64,000 nt of DNA. Origin: the human T2T-CHM13v2.0 reference genome, Homo sapiens. Made by a program: the position numbers and the translations under genes. The notes beneath the pieces are model-generated. The model was not told where the DNA came from and did not search any database. It saw only the letters and a list, made by a program, of their open reading frames with translations. The DNA lies in the NCBI RefSeq assembly GCF_009914755.1, contig NC_060928.1, one strand, 5' to 3'. Positions 1 to 13,470 of the stretch are shown here, in pieces. Every line of letters starts with the position of its first letter. Within the stretch, counting starts at the first letter, position 1.

Positions 1-150
1 CTTCTCAAAAATCATATGAGGTCGCTAGCATTATTATTTTCTTTTCCAGATGAGGAAACCCAGGCACTGTGAAGTGAAATAACTAGCCCAGGTTCCCACA
101 GCCAACCAGGATGTTAACTGTGGTTAATTGACTGCAAAGCCTGTGCATAA
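1..150. mobile_element. MIR SINE fragment
   Basis: MIR core-like cagatgaggaaacccaggcac...gtgaaataactagcccagg. Confidence 0.6.
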
Positions 151-654
151 TTTGAGCTTACAAACTACCTCCGATTGCTGTAGCCACAAATTTCTAGGAG
201 AGTGGCCAGTGCTACTTTTCTACGAAAACAGAAATCAAGAAACAAAGACCAACTCTGAATGAAAACGAGAATGATTGTATCTTTTATTTTAAAAGGACTT
301 AGCATTTTTCCTTTTTCCTAACTTAAAAACAATGCAAATGTGTTTTTGTACTTTGGCCTGTACTTCCTTGGGTTGGGGATGGAGATGATGGGTGGGTGGA
401 AAGGGGTAAATTTTAAAGTATCTTTTATTAATACAAATGGATAATGTCTTAACTTTGTTGATACAGAATGATACCAGGTTTAATAAGATTCTAAAATTGA
501 GTTGAGCCATCCAACCGTGATGGGAGATGGGGGAATAGGTTGGACGATGGCTGATCTTTCCAGCCTAGCAATGACCATGAAAGGGCTTATTTTGATTCTG
601 ATTTAAATTTGTACTGTGCTATATTATATGAGCTTTATGTAGGCCACTTGCCTT

Positions 655-993
655 CTCTTTTCTTTTTTCTTTTCTTTGTTTTATTTTTATTTTATTTTAT
701 TTTTGAGACAGCGTCTCACTCTGTTGCCCCCGCTGGAGTACATTAGTGCAATCATCAACCATACCTCACTGCAATTTTGAACTACTAGGCTCAGGGGATC
801 CTCCTGCCTCAGCATCCCAAGTAGCTGGGTCTATGGGTGTGTGCTACCACACCTGGCTAATTTGTTATTTTTTGTAGAGACAAGGTCTTGCTTTTATTTT
901 CCAGGCTAGTCTTAAACCTCTCATCTCATGTGGTCCTCTTGCCTCAGCTTCCCAAAGTGCTAGGATTACAGGTGTGAGCCATTGCATCTGGCC
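655..993 (-). mobile_element. AluJ
   Basis: Antisense dimeric Alu with T-rich tail; diverged and CpG-poor. Confidence 0.9.
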
Positions 994-2482
994 GCCTTTG
1001 CTTTTACTAATGGCTAACCCCAACTCTGGGGAAGTATCTAAGATCATGCAAATAGTTGGCTAGTCAGTAAATAACATTGAAGTTCATTTCCTGAAAACTA
1101 TATAAGGAACCATGAAGAATCAACAATTAGATAGTAAGCTTTGTGGGAGTAGGGATTTTCTTCATTAACTTTTGAAACTCCAACACCTAAAACTGTGCTT
1201 GGACTATAGCATTGTTGCCACTCAAAATATTAGCTGAATAAATAGACACTGCTCTAAAGGAGTCTTCAATCTAATTGAGTGAGAGGAGACCAATATACAG
1301 ACAACAACCAATAAATGTTATGGTATGACATCTAGTGAAGTATGTATTTTTATCTTTTAATTTTTAATTTTTATGGGTACACAGTAGGCCTATATATTTA
1401 TGGGGTACATGAGATATTTTGATACAGGCATACAATGCATAATAATCACATCAGGTAAATGAGGTATCCACCACCTCAAGCATTTATCATTTCTTTGTGT
1501 TACAAATATTCCAATTATACTCTTTTAGTTATTTTAAAATGTACAACAAATTATTGTTGACTGTAGTCATGCTGTTGTGCTATCAAATACTAGATCTTAT
1601 TCACTCTAACTATACTTTTGTACCCATTAAGCATCCCCACTTTTTCACCCCCTGCCTAGTACCCTTCCCAACCTCTGGTAACCATATTCTACTCTCTATC
1701 TCCATGAGTTCAACCGCTTTAATTTTTAGCTCCTACAAATGGGTGAGAACATGTGAAGTTTGTCTTTCTGTGCCTGGTGTATTTCACATAACATAATGTC
1801 CTCCACTTCCATCCATGTTGCTGCAAATGACAGGGTCTCGTTCTTTTTTATGGCTAAAGAGTACTCCATTGCATATATATATATATGCCACATTGTCTTT
1901 TATCCATTCATCTGTTGATGGACACTTAGGTTGATTCCAAATCTTGGCTATCATGAATAGTACTGCAGTAAACATAGGAGTGCAGCTATCTCTTCAATAT
2001 ACTGACTTATTTTCTTTTGAGTATATATCTAGCAGTGGGTTTGTTGGATCATATGGTATTTCTACTTTTAGTTTTTTTAGACACCTCCATACTGGTCTCC
2101 ATAGTAGGTATACTAATTTACATTCCCACCAACAGTGTATGAGAGTTCCTTTTTCTCCACATCCTCACCAGCATTTGTTGTTTCCTATCTTCGGGATATA
2201 AGCCATTTTAACTGGGGTGAGATGATATTTCATTGTAGTTTTGATTTACATTTCTCTGATGATCAATATGTTGAGCACTTTTTCATATACCTGTTGCCAT
2301 CTGTATGTCTTCTTTTGGGAAATGTTTGTTTAGAAATGTTGCCCATTTTAAAATACGATTATTAGATCTTTTCCTATACGGTTGTTTGAGCTCCTTATGT
2401 ATTCTGGTTATTAATCTCTTGTGAGATGAATAGTTTGCAAATATTTTCTCTCAGTCTGTGTGTTGCCCCTCCACTTTGTTGA

Positions 2483-2798
<316 letters not shown>

Positions 2799-3492
2799 GC
2801 TGTGCAGAAGCTTTTTAACTTGATGTGATCCCATTTGTTTATTTTTGCTTTGGTTCCCTGTGCATTGGGTATATTACTCAAGAAATCTTTGCCTAGACCA
2901 ATGTCCTGGAGAGTTTCCCCAATGTTTTCTTTTAGTTGTTTCATATTTTCAGGTCTTAGTTTTAAATCTTTAATCCATTTTGATTTGATTTTTGTATATA
3001 GTGAGAAACAGGGGTCTAGTTTCATTCTTCTGCATATGGATATTCAGTTTTCCTAGCATCATTTATTGAAGAGTCTGTCTTTAATGTATGTTCTTGGAAT
3101 CTTTGTCAAAAATGAGTTCACCATAGATACATGTTTGTTTCCGGGTTCTCTATTCTGTTCACTGGTCTATTGCCTGTTTGCATGGTAATACCATGCTGTT
3201 TTGGTTACTATAGTTCTGTAGGAAATTTGAAGTCAGGTAAATTATGATTAAAATATGATTCCTCCAGTTTTGTTCTTTTTGCTCAGGATGGCTTTGGCTT
3301 TGGCTGTTCTGGTTCTCTGGTGGTTCCATATAAATTTTAGGATTATTTTTTCCATTTTTGTGAAGAATGTCATTGGCATTATGATAGGGATTGCATAAAA
3401 TCTATAGATTGCTCTGGGTAGCATGGACATTTTAACAATATTGATTTTTCCAATCCATGAACATGGAGTATCTTTTCCATTTCTGACATCAA

Positions 3493-3779
3493 TTTTTTTT
3501 TTTTTTGATGGAGCCTCACTCTGTCCCCCAGGCTGGAGTGCAGTGGCACAGTCTCGGCTCACTGCAAGCTCCGCCTCCCAGGTTCACGCCATTCTTCTGC
3601 CTCAGCCTGGGACTACAGGCACACGCCACCACGCCTGCCCGGCTAATTTTTTGTATTTTTAATAGAGACAGGGTTTCACCGTGTTAGCCAGGATGGTCTT
3701 GATCTCCTGACCTCGTGATCCACCTGCCTCGGCCTCTCAAAGTGCTGGGATTATAGGCGTGAGCCACCGCGCACGGCTG
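3493..3779 (-). mobile_element. AluY inserted in L1
   Basis: AluY-type sequence with a small internal deletion; TSD catcaat. Confidence 0.9.
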
Positions 3780-4990
3780 GCATCAATGTTTTATAGTTTT
3801 CATTGCAGAGATCTTTCATTTCTAGGGAAGTATGGATTTTAAAACAAAGCTCCCCAGATAATTCCCATGACCAACCAGGTTAATGTCCCTTGGCCCAGTG
3901 CAGAGGTTCTCAAACCTATTTTCTAATAGAACAATTTATGACCAAATGGTATTACCTGAAAGTCAGTATATGAAAGAGATTAATATGTAGTCACTCCACT
4001 TGAAGAAAGAGGGGTACTGGGGAACCCTTCTTTTTCCCTGACCTTTTCAGCCTTTCCTTTTTTCCTTCCCCACAACCCCTAGGAATAGTGGTAAAACCAC
4101 GGATCTAATTACCAAATGTGCAGTCATTCATGGAGTGCTTGCAGGGGACCTATGAACCTTTGAACGATATGCAAAAAAGTGTGTGTGTGCTTCTTTCCTG
4201 AGGACAATTCACATTATCAAAGAATCTTTGACCCAAAAAAAGGGTAAGACCCACCCCTCCCGTATACAGGAAAGGTACTTTCTTTCTATGCACTATGCAT
4301 AAGCTTTTTTTTTTTTTTTTTTTTGGTGGGCAATTACTGAAGTTTGGATACTTTGTAAAAAAACACAAGCATGATTTTTAGATGCTGCCCCTTATCAATT
4401 GGAAACTAGACTGGAACCATTAAACCATTTCACCTGGATTACTATCACACAGCAGTCAGATGGTACTTCCTTCACAATCTTTTCTGTGGTTGAATTTGGC
4501 CCAGAATTTTTTGTTCCTGATCTACCTGAATCTTCAGTTTCCAAATAATCCTCTGCTATAGAAAAAGAAACACAATCTCAAGACTTTTTAATAACAAGTG
4601 CAAGACGCCTTTCATACCCATACATGTGTGCTTTTTCCAGAAGTTTACTTTACCAATGGTTTTTTTAAAAAAACATTCTAACCAAAATAGATATTTTCTA
4701 AAGCTTCACATAGTGTGATGCTCAAACATTGCTTAACTGATCCCTGGGCTTTCCGTACTGCCAGGTAAAGGAATACTGGGAAACTACAGAGTATATACAG
4801 CTTGGTTCTTTATTTCTGGTGTTCTGTTTCTTCTTTGAAAGCTATTGCAAAATTAATATACATATGTAGATTAATTTAGCATGCTTATTACTCCTGGTAC
4901 CAAATTGTCCTGTATCAAATAGGGATCACTGATGTTCTCTGAAGGGCAGTAAGCTAGGTGGTAAACTCACTTATAAAATATTGACTTGGG

Positions 4991-5339
<349 letters not shown>

Positions 5340-5389
5340 TTATCACCACTCTTTCAGATATGGCACTTCCTCCTCACTTCAGTTGGATT

Positions 5390-5600
5390 TGATCATTTAG
5401 TTCAACACATTTATAAAGTTTCTGCTAGAGTTCTGGTGATACAACAGTGAATAGGTAGCTACAGTCCTCTCCCTCACAGAGCTGATGCTCTAAGTAGAGA
5501 CACAGACAATTATAAACAAGCAATGATAATATGCTATAGTTAATGCCATGGTGCTATGGAAGTAATGTGTGATATGAACATGCTAAAACAGATGAATAAC
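5390..5600 (-). mobile_element. L2 3' fragment
   Basis: Decayed L2-like ttcaacacatttat...ggtgatacaacagtgaa...ccctcacagagct. Confidence 0.5.
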
Positions 5601-5653
5601 AGTTTTTTTTCTGGGATGCTTGTCTTTCCTATCGTGACATATGGAAAAATAAT

Positions 5654-6001
5654 TGCATTAGTCTGTTTTCACGCCTCTAATAAAGACACACCTGAGACTG
5701 GGCAATTTACAAAAGAAAGAGGTTTAATGGACTCACAGTTCCACTTGGCTGGGGAGGCCTCACAATCATGGCTGAAGGTGAAAGGCACTTTCACATGGTG
5801 GCAGACGAGAAGAGAACTTGTGTAGGAAATTCCCCTTTATAAAACCATCAGATCTCATGAGACTTATTCACTATCATGAGAATAACACGGAAAAAATCTG
5901 CCCCCATGATTCAATTACCTCCCACCAGGTCCCTCCCACAACATGTGGGAATTGTGGGGGCTACAATTCAATTTGGATGGGGACACAGCCAAACCATATC
6001 A
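5654..6001 (-). mobile_element. THE1 solo LTR (MaLR)
   Basis: Ends tgcattagtctgttttcac / ggacacagccaaaccatatca; 5-bp TSD ATAAT (5649-5653, 6002-6006). Confidence 0.92.
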
Positions 6002-6069
6002 ATAATTGTATATATATTCCATGTGGAAGCTATCTGGGAAGTCCCTACCCTTCCTTTTCCATAGGGCAT

Positions 6070-6485
6070 TATGTAAGTCTATTCTTGTGTTGCTATAAAG
6101 AAATACCAGAGGCTGGGCAATTTATAAAGAAAAAGATTCATTTTGGCTCACAGTTCTGCAGGCTCTACAGGGAGTGTGATGCCAGCATCTGCTTCTGGCG
6201 AGGGCCTTAGAAAGCTTACACTCATGGCGGAAGGTGAAGGGGAGCCAGTGTGTCACATGATTAGAGCAGGAGCAAGAGTGAGAAGGGGGAGGTCCTAGAC
6301 CTCTTAAACAGCCAGAACTCAGCATGAACTGAGTGAGAACTCACTCATCACCAAGGGGATGGTGCTAGGCCATACATGAGGGTTCCACCCCATGACTCAA
6401 TCACCTCCCACGAGGCCCCACCTCCAACACTGGGAGTCACATTTCAACCTGAGATTTGGAGGGGACAAGTATTCAAACCCTGTAA
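6070..6485 (-). mobile_element. MST (MSTB-like) solo LTR
   Basis: tgctataaagaaataccagaggctggg...gagatttggaggggaca; flanked by GGCAT on both sides. Confidence 0.88.
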
Positions 6486-7495
6486 GGCATATGTCTAGGT
6501 CTCTTCCAGGGAGGGGAAGTCTGGGGGATCACAGTCTTTACGATTTCTTCATCTGGGCCTACAGCATTTAAGCTGTGTCTTCTCTGTCCATCCAAACCCT
6601 CTTGATTTTTCTTTAAGAAATTACTTACAGTTCTGTCAGTTTTATCCTTTCTTGTACTCTAATAACGCTTCAGGAGTTATCCTTCCTCATACTATCTTTT
6701 CTATTCTTTCAAAAGGTTTTAGGTAGAAGGGAAGGTAGATACCTGTGCTCAGTCCCCATCTTGATCTCACCTTCCATATAAGGTTTAGCCTACTCCTGCT
6801 CCACCTACTCGGTGCAAAGTTCTTTCTCCAGAGACCTCTTATCACTCCCCTATCAGAATGTTGCTTTACTTATTTCTCCCCAGTTAATTGACTCTACAAT
6901 ACAAGATTGAGTTTTTATGGAGGTCTGTTATATTTGTGAAGAATTTCAGGAAGACCTTACTCAATTTTTTGAGTTAGCAAATCTAATAACATATTTTTTT
7001 TCCAACATCCATACATGATTGATGGATTTTAAGTATTATCCTAACACTTGTTGCTGATATTTTGTACATGTATCCTCTGGGCTTTTACCTCATGCAACAT
7101 GTTATTTCAGTGCACTATTTTTGTGCCATAATAAAATAACTAAATATTTTTGCTCCTGATTTCTTTGACCTTTCCTTTCCCTAGGCATTAACCTTCTCAG
7201 GGAGAGGCCTTGAAGTCACATCCTAGCAAATGTGTAGAATCAGAAGGGCCTTCTGTCCTCTTCCTACAAAATGCCCTGCTGCTGCTGCTGCTTCTTTCAT
7301 TTCATCCTCAAACTGCACTACCCAGTAGCACCCCACCTCTTAAGAGAGCCCGTGCAGAAAACAGTTGGATCTCATCAACAGCAGGGTAAAGCTTATCTAT
7401 TCCCTAGCAATTGTTTCTAGCTAAAATGCTGTTTTACTTCAAAATCTACCAGCCAGTCTGAAAGTTAATTTGCATATAATAGCTCAAAATTATCC

Positions 7496-7796
7496 TTTTT
7501 TTTTTTTTTTTTTTGAGACGGAGTTTTGCTCTTGTTGCCCAGGCTGGAGTGAAATGGTGCGATCTCAGCTCACTGCAACCTCCACTTCTCAGGCTCAAGT
7601 GAATCTCCTGCCTCAGCCTTCCCAAGTAGCTGGAATTATAGGCATGCGTCACCATGCCCGGCTAATTTTGTATTTTTAGTAGAGATGGGGTTTCTCTGTG
7701 TGGGTCAGGCTGGTCTCGAACCCCCGACCTCAGGTGATCTGCCCACCTTGGCCTCCCAAAGTGCTGGGATTATAGGTGTGAGCCACCTCGCCCAGC
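7496..7796 (-). mobile_element. AluS
   Basis: Antisense full dimer. Confidence 0.9.
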
Positions 7797-8550
7797 TAAA
7801 ACTTCTGAAGTTTTATTTTCATATTCATTGCCAGGTGTTCCTTCTCCTGGGTATGGCGAATGAAAATGTAAGGGGCATTTAGGATTCTCTTTTTTGGTGG
7901 TGACTCTTTTTTGTTATCTAGGTATTTTTTTCACAGAAATCAATGGCTGCTACTTGATTTTTAAATATTTGCTTTAGTCTAATGAAGAACTTGTGCCAGG
8001 TATTTATTTAGACACTATCTCTTTTATAAAAAAGTGTTTTCGCACAGTTAAAAAACAATGAGAGAAGTATTACTAAAACATAAATAGGGATCAGGATGAA
8101 AAGAAAAATGTAATAGTACGGTTGTAAATATCTCTGAAATTAATAAATTTGTTGGGTTTGAGTTTCCAATATGATCCAAAATTTTCACCAGACTAGAAGA
8201 AAAAGTGAAAATATTGTAGGATGAGGTTCTTAGCATTTTTAGAAATCATGGGTTGCGCTCATGGAAGATAATTTTTGCCCCAGCACTAAAATCTTAAGGA
8301 TGATTCTCACTCAGAGCTTATGTAAAGGGTATTGAATATTGGGGATGGACAGTGTCCTCGAAAAAGGTGGATAATTCATATGGTTATGTCCTTGTAGTAA
8401 ACCAATAAAAAGCCAAAGATATAAAAGCAAAGCATATTTTTGTGAAAAGAACTGAGTTTTTTTCAAGGGAACTTACAAGGGCTTAAACGTAGTGGCCCAA
8501 GTATCATTGTCTTCTCGTAGTTGTAGTCTTCTACAGCTCAACTTATGGTA

Positions 8551-10060
8551 TGTGTTACGGACTGAATTTTGTCAGTTCAATGTTCATATGTTGAAGTGAT
8601 CATCTCGATGTGACTGTATTTGGAAACTGGGACCTATAAGGAGGTAATCAATGTTATGCGAAGTTAGAACAGTAGGGCTATAATCTGATAGGACTGGTGT
8701 TGTGGGAAGTCAGGGACCCCAAACAGAGGGACCGGCTGAAGCCATGACAGAAGAATGTGGACTGTGAAGATTTCATGGACATGTATTAGTTCCCCAAAAT
8801 AATACTTTTGTAATTTCTTATGCCTGTCTTTACTGCAGTCTCTAAACATAAATTGTAAAGATTTCATGGACACTTATCACTTCCCCAATCAATACCCTTG
8901 TGATTTCCTATGCCTGTCTTTACTTTAATCTCTTAATCCTGTCAGCTGAGGAGGATGTATATCGCCTCAGGACCATGTGATAATTGCATTAACTGCACAA
9001 ATTATACAGCATGTGTGTTTGAGCAATATGAAATGTGGGCACCTTGAAAAAAGAACAGGATAACAGCAATTGTTCAGGGAATAAGAGAGATAACCTTAAA
9101 CTCTGACCGCTGGTGAGCCAGGTGGAACAGAGCCATATTTCTCTTCTTTCAAAAGCAAATGGGAGAAATATGGCTGAATTCTTTTTCTCAGCATGGAACA
9201 TCCCTGGGAAAGAGAATACGCACCTGGAGGTATAGGCTTATGAACAGCCCCCCCAGGTGCACCTGTCTCTTATGGTCGAGACTGCAGGGGTAAAATAGAC
9301 CCCAGTTTCCCATAGTGCTCCCAGGCTTATTAGGAATAGGAAATTCCCGCCTAATAAATTTTGGTCAGACCAGTTGATCTCAAAACGCTGTCTCCTGATA
9401 AGATATTATCAATGACAATAGTGCCCGAAACTTCATTAGCACTTTTAATTTCTTCCCGGTCCTGTGGTCCTGTGATCTCGCCCTGCCTCCACTTGCCTTG
9501 TGATATTCTATTACCTCGTAAAGTACTTGATGTCTGTGACCCACACCTATTCGCACACTCCCTCCCCTTTTGAAACTCCCTAATAAAAACTTGCTGATTT
9601 TTGCGGCTTGTGGGGCATCACAGAACCTACTGACATGTGATGTCTCCCCCGGACGCCCAGCTTTAACATGTCTCTCTTTTGTACTCTGTCCCTTTATTTC
9701 TCAAGCTGGCCGACGCTTAAGGAAAATAGAAAAGAACCTACGTGAATATCGGGGCAGATTGCCCGATAGACTGGTGTCCTTATAAGAGAAGGAAAAAACA
9801 CAAGAACTTTCTCTGTTTCACACATGCATGCACACACACACACTCAGCACAAGCACAGAGGAAAGGCCATGTGAGGACACAGTGACACAGTGAGAAGGTG
9901 GCCATTTACAAGCCAAGAAGAGAGGCCTCACCAGAACCCAACCCCAATGGCATCTTGATCTTGAACGTTTAGCCTCCAGAACAGTGAGAAAATAAATTTC
10001 TGTTGTTTAAGCTTCCTAGTTTGGTGTGTTTTGTTATGACGATTCTAGCAGAATAGTACA
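8551..10060 (+). mobile_element. MLT1 (A/B-like) solo LTR split by a MER11 insertion
   Basis: 5' part tgttacggactgaatttt...ttcatatgttgaagt; 3' part gccatgtgaggacacag...cctccagaacagtgagaaaataaatttctgttgtttaagc. Confidence 0.85.
8698..9768 (+). mobile_element. MER11 solo LTR (HERV-K11/HML-8)
   Basis: Starts tgttgtgggaagtcagggacccc, ends gcccgata; 6-bp TSD GACTGG (8692-8697, 9769-9774); AATAAA at 9582. Confidence 0.92.
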
Positions 10061-10480
10061 ATATGGCCTTCAGAATTAGTTACATAAATGATAATCCTTC
10101 AAGCTTTATCATAAGGATTTCTTGGTCTGTAAGTACCTTCAGCGGCTTAACTGAATGCAGACCTGGCTTCACATCACATATCCACCTGGCAGCTCCTCTG
10201 CTTTCCTAATGACACAGGATTCTTTTGGTGCCGCTTCGCCAGCTGGAAATCTCATAGCCAGCAGTGCCTCTGTCCCGGCTTCACCTGAGCCTGCTGGGCT
10301 GGCACCACCCACAATCTGGGAGGCTGCGCTCGGCCCGTGCTACCAGCCCAGAGCCCCTGCCCGCCATGGCTGTGTGCTTGGCCCACAGCTACTCCAGGTA
10401 TGGCACAACCAGCTTCCACATTGGGCGCTGGTGTCTGGATGAGGGGGATGTGGCAGCACCCAAAAACTCAGAGATGCCAG

Positions 10481-12033
10481 TGTGTCCGAAATTGGCAGGT
10501 TCTTGGTCTCACTGACTTGAAGAATGAAGCCGTGGACCCTCACGGTGAGTGTTACAGTTCTTAAAGGTGGTGTGTCCGGAGTTTGTTCCTTCTGATGTTC
10601 AGATGTGTTCAGAGTTTCTTCCTTCTGGTGGGCTCATGGTCTCACTGGCTTCAGGAGTGAAGCTGCAGACCTTCGCGGTGAGTGTTACAGCTCTTACAGC
10701 AGCGTGTCTGGAGTTGTTCGTTCCTCCCTTCTGGAGTTGTTCATTCCTCCAGGTGAGTTTGTGGTCTTGCTGGCTTCAGGAGTGAAGCTGCAAACCTTCA
10801 CGGTGAGTGTTACAGCTCATAAAAGCAGTGCAAACCCAAAAAGTGAGCAACAGCAAAATTTGTTGTAAAGAGTGAAAGAACAAAGCCTCGCCAGTGTGAA
10901 AAGGGACCCAAGTGGGTTGCCACTGCTGGCTCAGGCAGCCTGCTTTTATTCCCTTATCTGGCCCCACGCACATCCTGCTGATTGGTCCATTTTACAGAGA
11001 GCTGATTGGTCTGTTTTACAGAGAGCTGATTGGTCCGTTTTGACGGTGCTGATTGGTGCGTTTACAATCCCTGAGCTAGACACAAAAGTTATCCAAGTCC
11101 CCCCTAGATTAGCTAGACACAGAGCACTGATTGGTGCATTTACAAACCTTAAGGTAGACACAGGGTGCTGATTGGTATGTTTACAAACCTTAAGCTAGAC
11201 ACAGAGTGTTGATTGGTGTATTTACAATCCTTTAGCTAGACATAAAGGTTCTCCAAGTCCCTACCAGATTAGCTAGATACAGAGTGCTGATTGGTGCATT
11301 CACAAACCTTGAATGAGACACAGGGTGCTGATTGGTGCATTTACCATCCTCCAGCTAGGCATAAAAGTTCTCCAAGTCCCAACCCGACTCAGGAGCCCAG
11401 CTGGCTTCGCCTAGAGGATCCCCGACCAGGGCCGTGGGCGGAGCCGCCTGCCAGTCCTGGGCTGCACACCTGCACTCCTCAGCCCTTGGGTGGTCGATGG
11501 GACCGGGCATGGTGGAGCAGGGGTCAGCGCCCGTCGGGGAGGCTTGGGTTGTGTGGGAGCCCACCAGGCAGGGAAGGGAGGGGGGCTTGGGCATGGCAGG
11601 CTGCAGGTCCCGAGCCCTGCATCGCAGGCAGGCAGCTGAGGCCCGGCGAGAATTCGAGTGTGGCGCAGGCCAGCCGGCAGTGCTGGGGGACCTGGTGCCC
11701 CCTCTGCAGCTGCTGGCCCAGGTGCTAAGCCCCTCACTGCCTGGGGTGGGCAGCGCCTGCCAGCCACTACGAGTGCCAGCCTGCCGAGCCCACGCCCACC
11801 TGGAACTCGCGCTGGCCCGCGAGTGCTGCGTGCAGCCCCGGTTGCCACCCACGCCTCTCCCTCCACACCTCCCTGCAAGCAGAGGGAGCCGGCTCTAGCC
11901 TCAGCCAGCCCAGAGAGGGGCTCCCACAGTGCATCGGCGGTCTGAAGGGCTCCTCAAGCATGGCCAGAGTGGGCGGTGAGGCCGAGGAGGCGCCCAGAGC
12001 GAGGGAGGGCTGCCAGCACGCTGTCACCTCTCA
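10481..12033 (-). mobile_element. LTR12C-type solo LTR (ERV9)
   Basis: Minus strand tgagaggtgacagcgtgctggcagccctc...aatttcggacaca; tandem CCAAT repeats; GC-rich U3; 4-bp TSD CCAG (10477-10480, 12034-12037). Confidence 0.95.
10915..11340 (-). promoter_or_regulatory. LTR12 U3 enhancer/promoter: nine CCAAT (NF-Y) boxes and an AATAAAA TATA-like box
   Basis: ATTGG at about 10981, 11005, 11029, 11052, 11130, 11171, 11212, 11290, 11331; ttttattccc near 10945. Confidence 0.7.
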
Positions 12034-13215
12034 CCAGCAATGGTGGAGCCACAAGGGGTGTTACAGCTTTTGCTCAGGGAGTCCCACTCAAGGAGTCCAG
12101 TCTGAAGATCTGAGCCCCCAGGAAGTGTCACACTCATTTGGTCCCACTGCCTGCTCGGTAAACGGGAGTGTGGTGCCCAGCAGTATTTTTCACTCCGGTA
12201 GCGTGGCGAGAAGGAACGTGTATTACAGCTCTTTTACACCCGCTGTTCAGCAGGTTCTGGGTTCTTGTCCTGCAACCAAGAGGAATGAGGTACATGAACA
12301 CTGGAGAGTGAGCAAGTCAGAGAAGAATTTTATTGGCGATAGAAAAGCTCTGAACAATGAGTGGGAACCGGAAGTGGGTAGCTCTCTGTGTGAGCAGGGC
12401 CCAAAAGCAGGTCTGTGAGGCCAAGTCCAGGGTTTCTATGGGCTCAGAATCGGGGAGTGTGTGCTGACTGGTCCATGGGCAGGCCTGGAAAAGGCACCAT
12501 TCAATTGGCTAAAAGGCATTGAGGAAGTTCTCACAGGGTTGTGGACTCCACCTGGAACTGGCAGCTCAGTTTTCAGGCTTCAGGCTGTTTTGGTCGTGAA
12601 AGTCAGGTTTACCAGGGTACTGTCCCTGTCTGCCTAGGAATCTGTCTGTCTCCTGCCTCTATCACTAAGAGCTTGCCAGCCCTCCCAACACTCTTGACTT
12701 CCAAAGCAAATGGCGGTGCCTTCAGTCAGCATTGTAATGTGTGCTGTAGGTTAGTCTTACCTCTCCAACGAGCTTATAAACTCCTTCCCATCAATGGCTC
12801 TGAGCCATGCATAACTACTCTTCACCTTGCTAAATATCACATTTCACTATTTAGCAGGAGATAAAACCATCAGATTATTGAACTGCATGTCTTCCGTATT
12901 GTTCAAGTACTAAGATGGTGAATAGTTTATTTTTCCTCCCATATTTTTATCAATGTAAGTAGTTAGACAAAAGAGATGAAAGCAGGTAAAAGCAGTTCAT
13001 AGTCAAGAGGTTATGACTTTAGATTTCTTTTGGTCATCTTAATTATTCTCTCATCTTTTAACTAATAGGTTAAAGGAAATAAGAATAAACAATGTACAAG
13101 AGATCCTTTATACTATGTTTTTAAAAATCTTATAACTTGTTGCCTTTACTACTTTATATTACAAATATTGATATTGGGGAAAATTTCCCCAAATGTACCT
13201 CAAATAGAACAATTT

Positions 13216-13470
13216 GGCTTGAACTCAGGAGTGTGAGACCAGCCTGGGCAACAAAGTGAGACCCTTATCTCGCATTACTGATAAAAAATCAAAAAATTAG
13301 CTGAGTGTGGTGGCACGTGCGTGTGTTTCCAGCTACTCAGAGGGCTGAGGCAGAAGGATTGCTTCAGCGGGGAGGTTGAGGCTGTAGTGAACTGAGATTG
13401 TGCCACTGTACTCCAGCCTGAGCTACAGAGTGAGACCCTGTCTTCAAAAAAAAAAAAGAAAACGAAAAAG
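13216..13470 (+). mobile_element. AluJ, 5'-truncated
   Basis: Partial left arm, right arm and A tail. Confidence 0.85.

Larger units (their letters stand above)
10210..12664 (-). mobile_element. MER52-like solo LTR (ERV1) split by LTR12C
   Basis: Minus strand starts tgatagaggcaggag; TG...CA ends; 4-bp TSD CTAA (10206-10209, 12665-12668). Confidence 0.8.

Noticed and set aside
7276-7292. (CTG)5 repeat
   Set aside because: Too short to be unstable and not in an evident transcript.
10970-11360. Regularly spaced ~24-41 bp repeats that look superficially CRISPR-like
   Set aside because: These are the known LTR12 U3 tandem CCAAT repeats; there are no unique spacers and no cas genes, and the DNA is primate.
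10155-12864. Cluster of long overlapping ORFs (up to 165 aa) and CpG-island-like composition
   Set aside because: Lies almost entirely within the GC-rich LTR12C/MER52 LTRs; stop-poor by composition, with no protein family signal.
13174-13192. Palindrome TTGGGGAAA-A-TTTCCCCAA
   Set aside because: Short and low-complexity, with spacing that does not fit a canonical kB site; plausible by chance.
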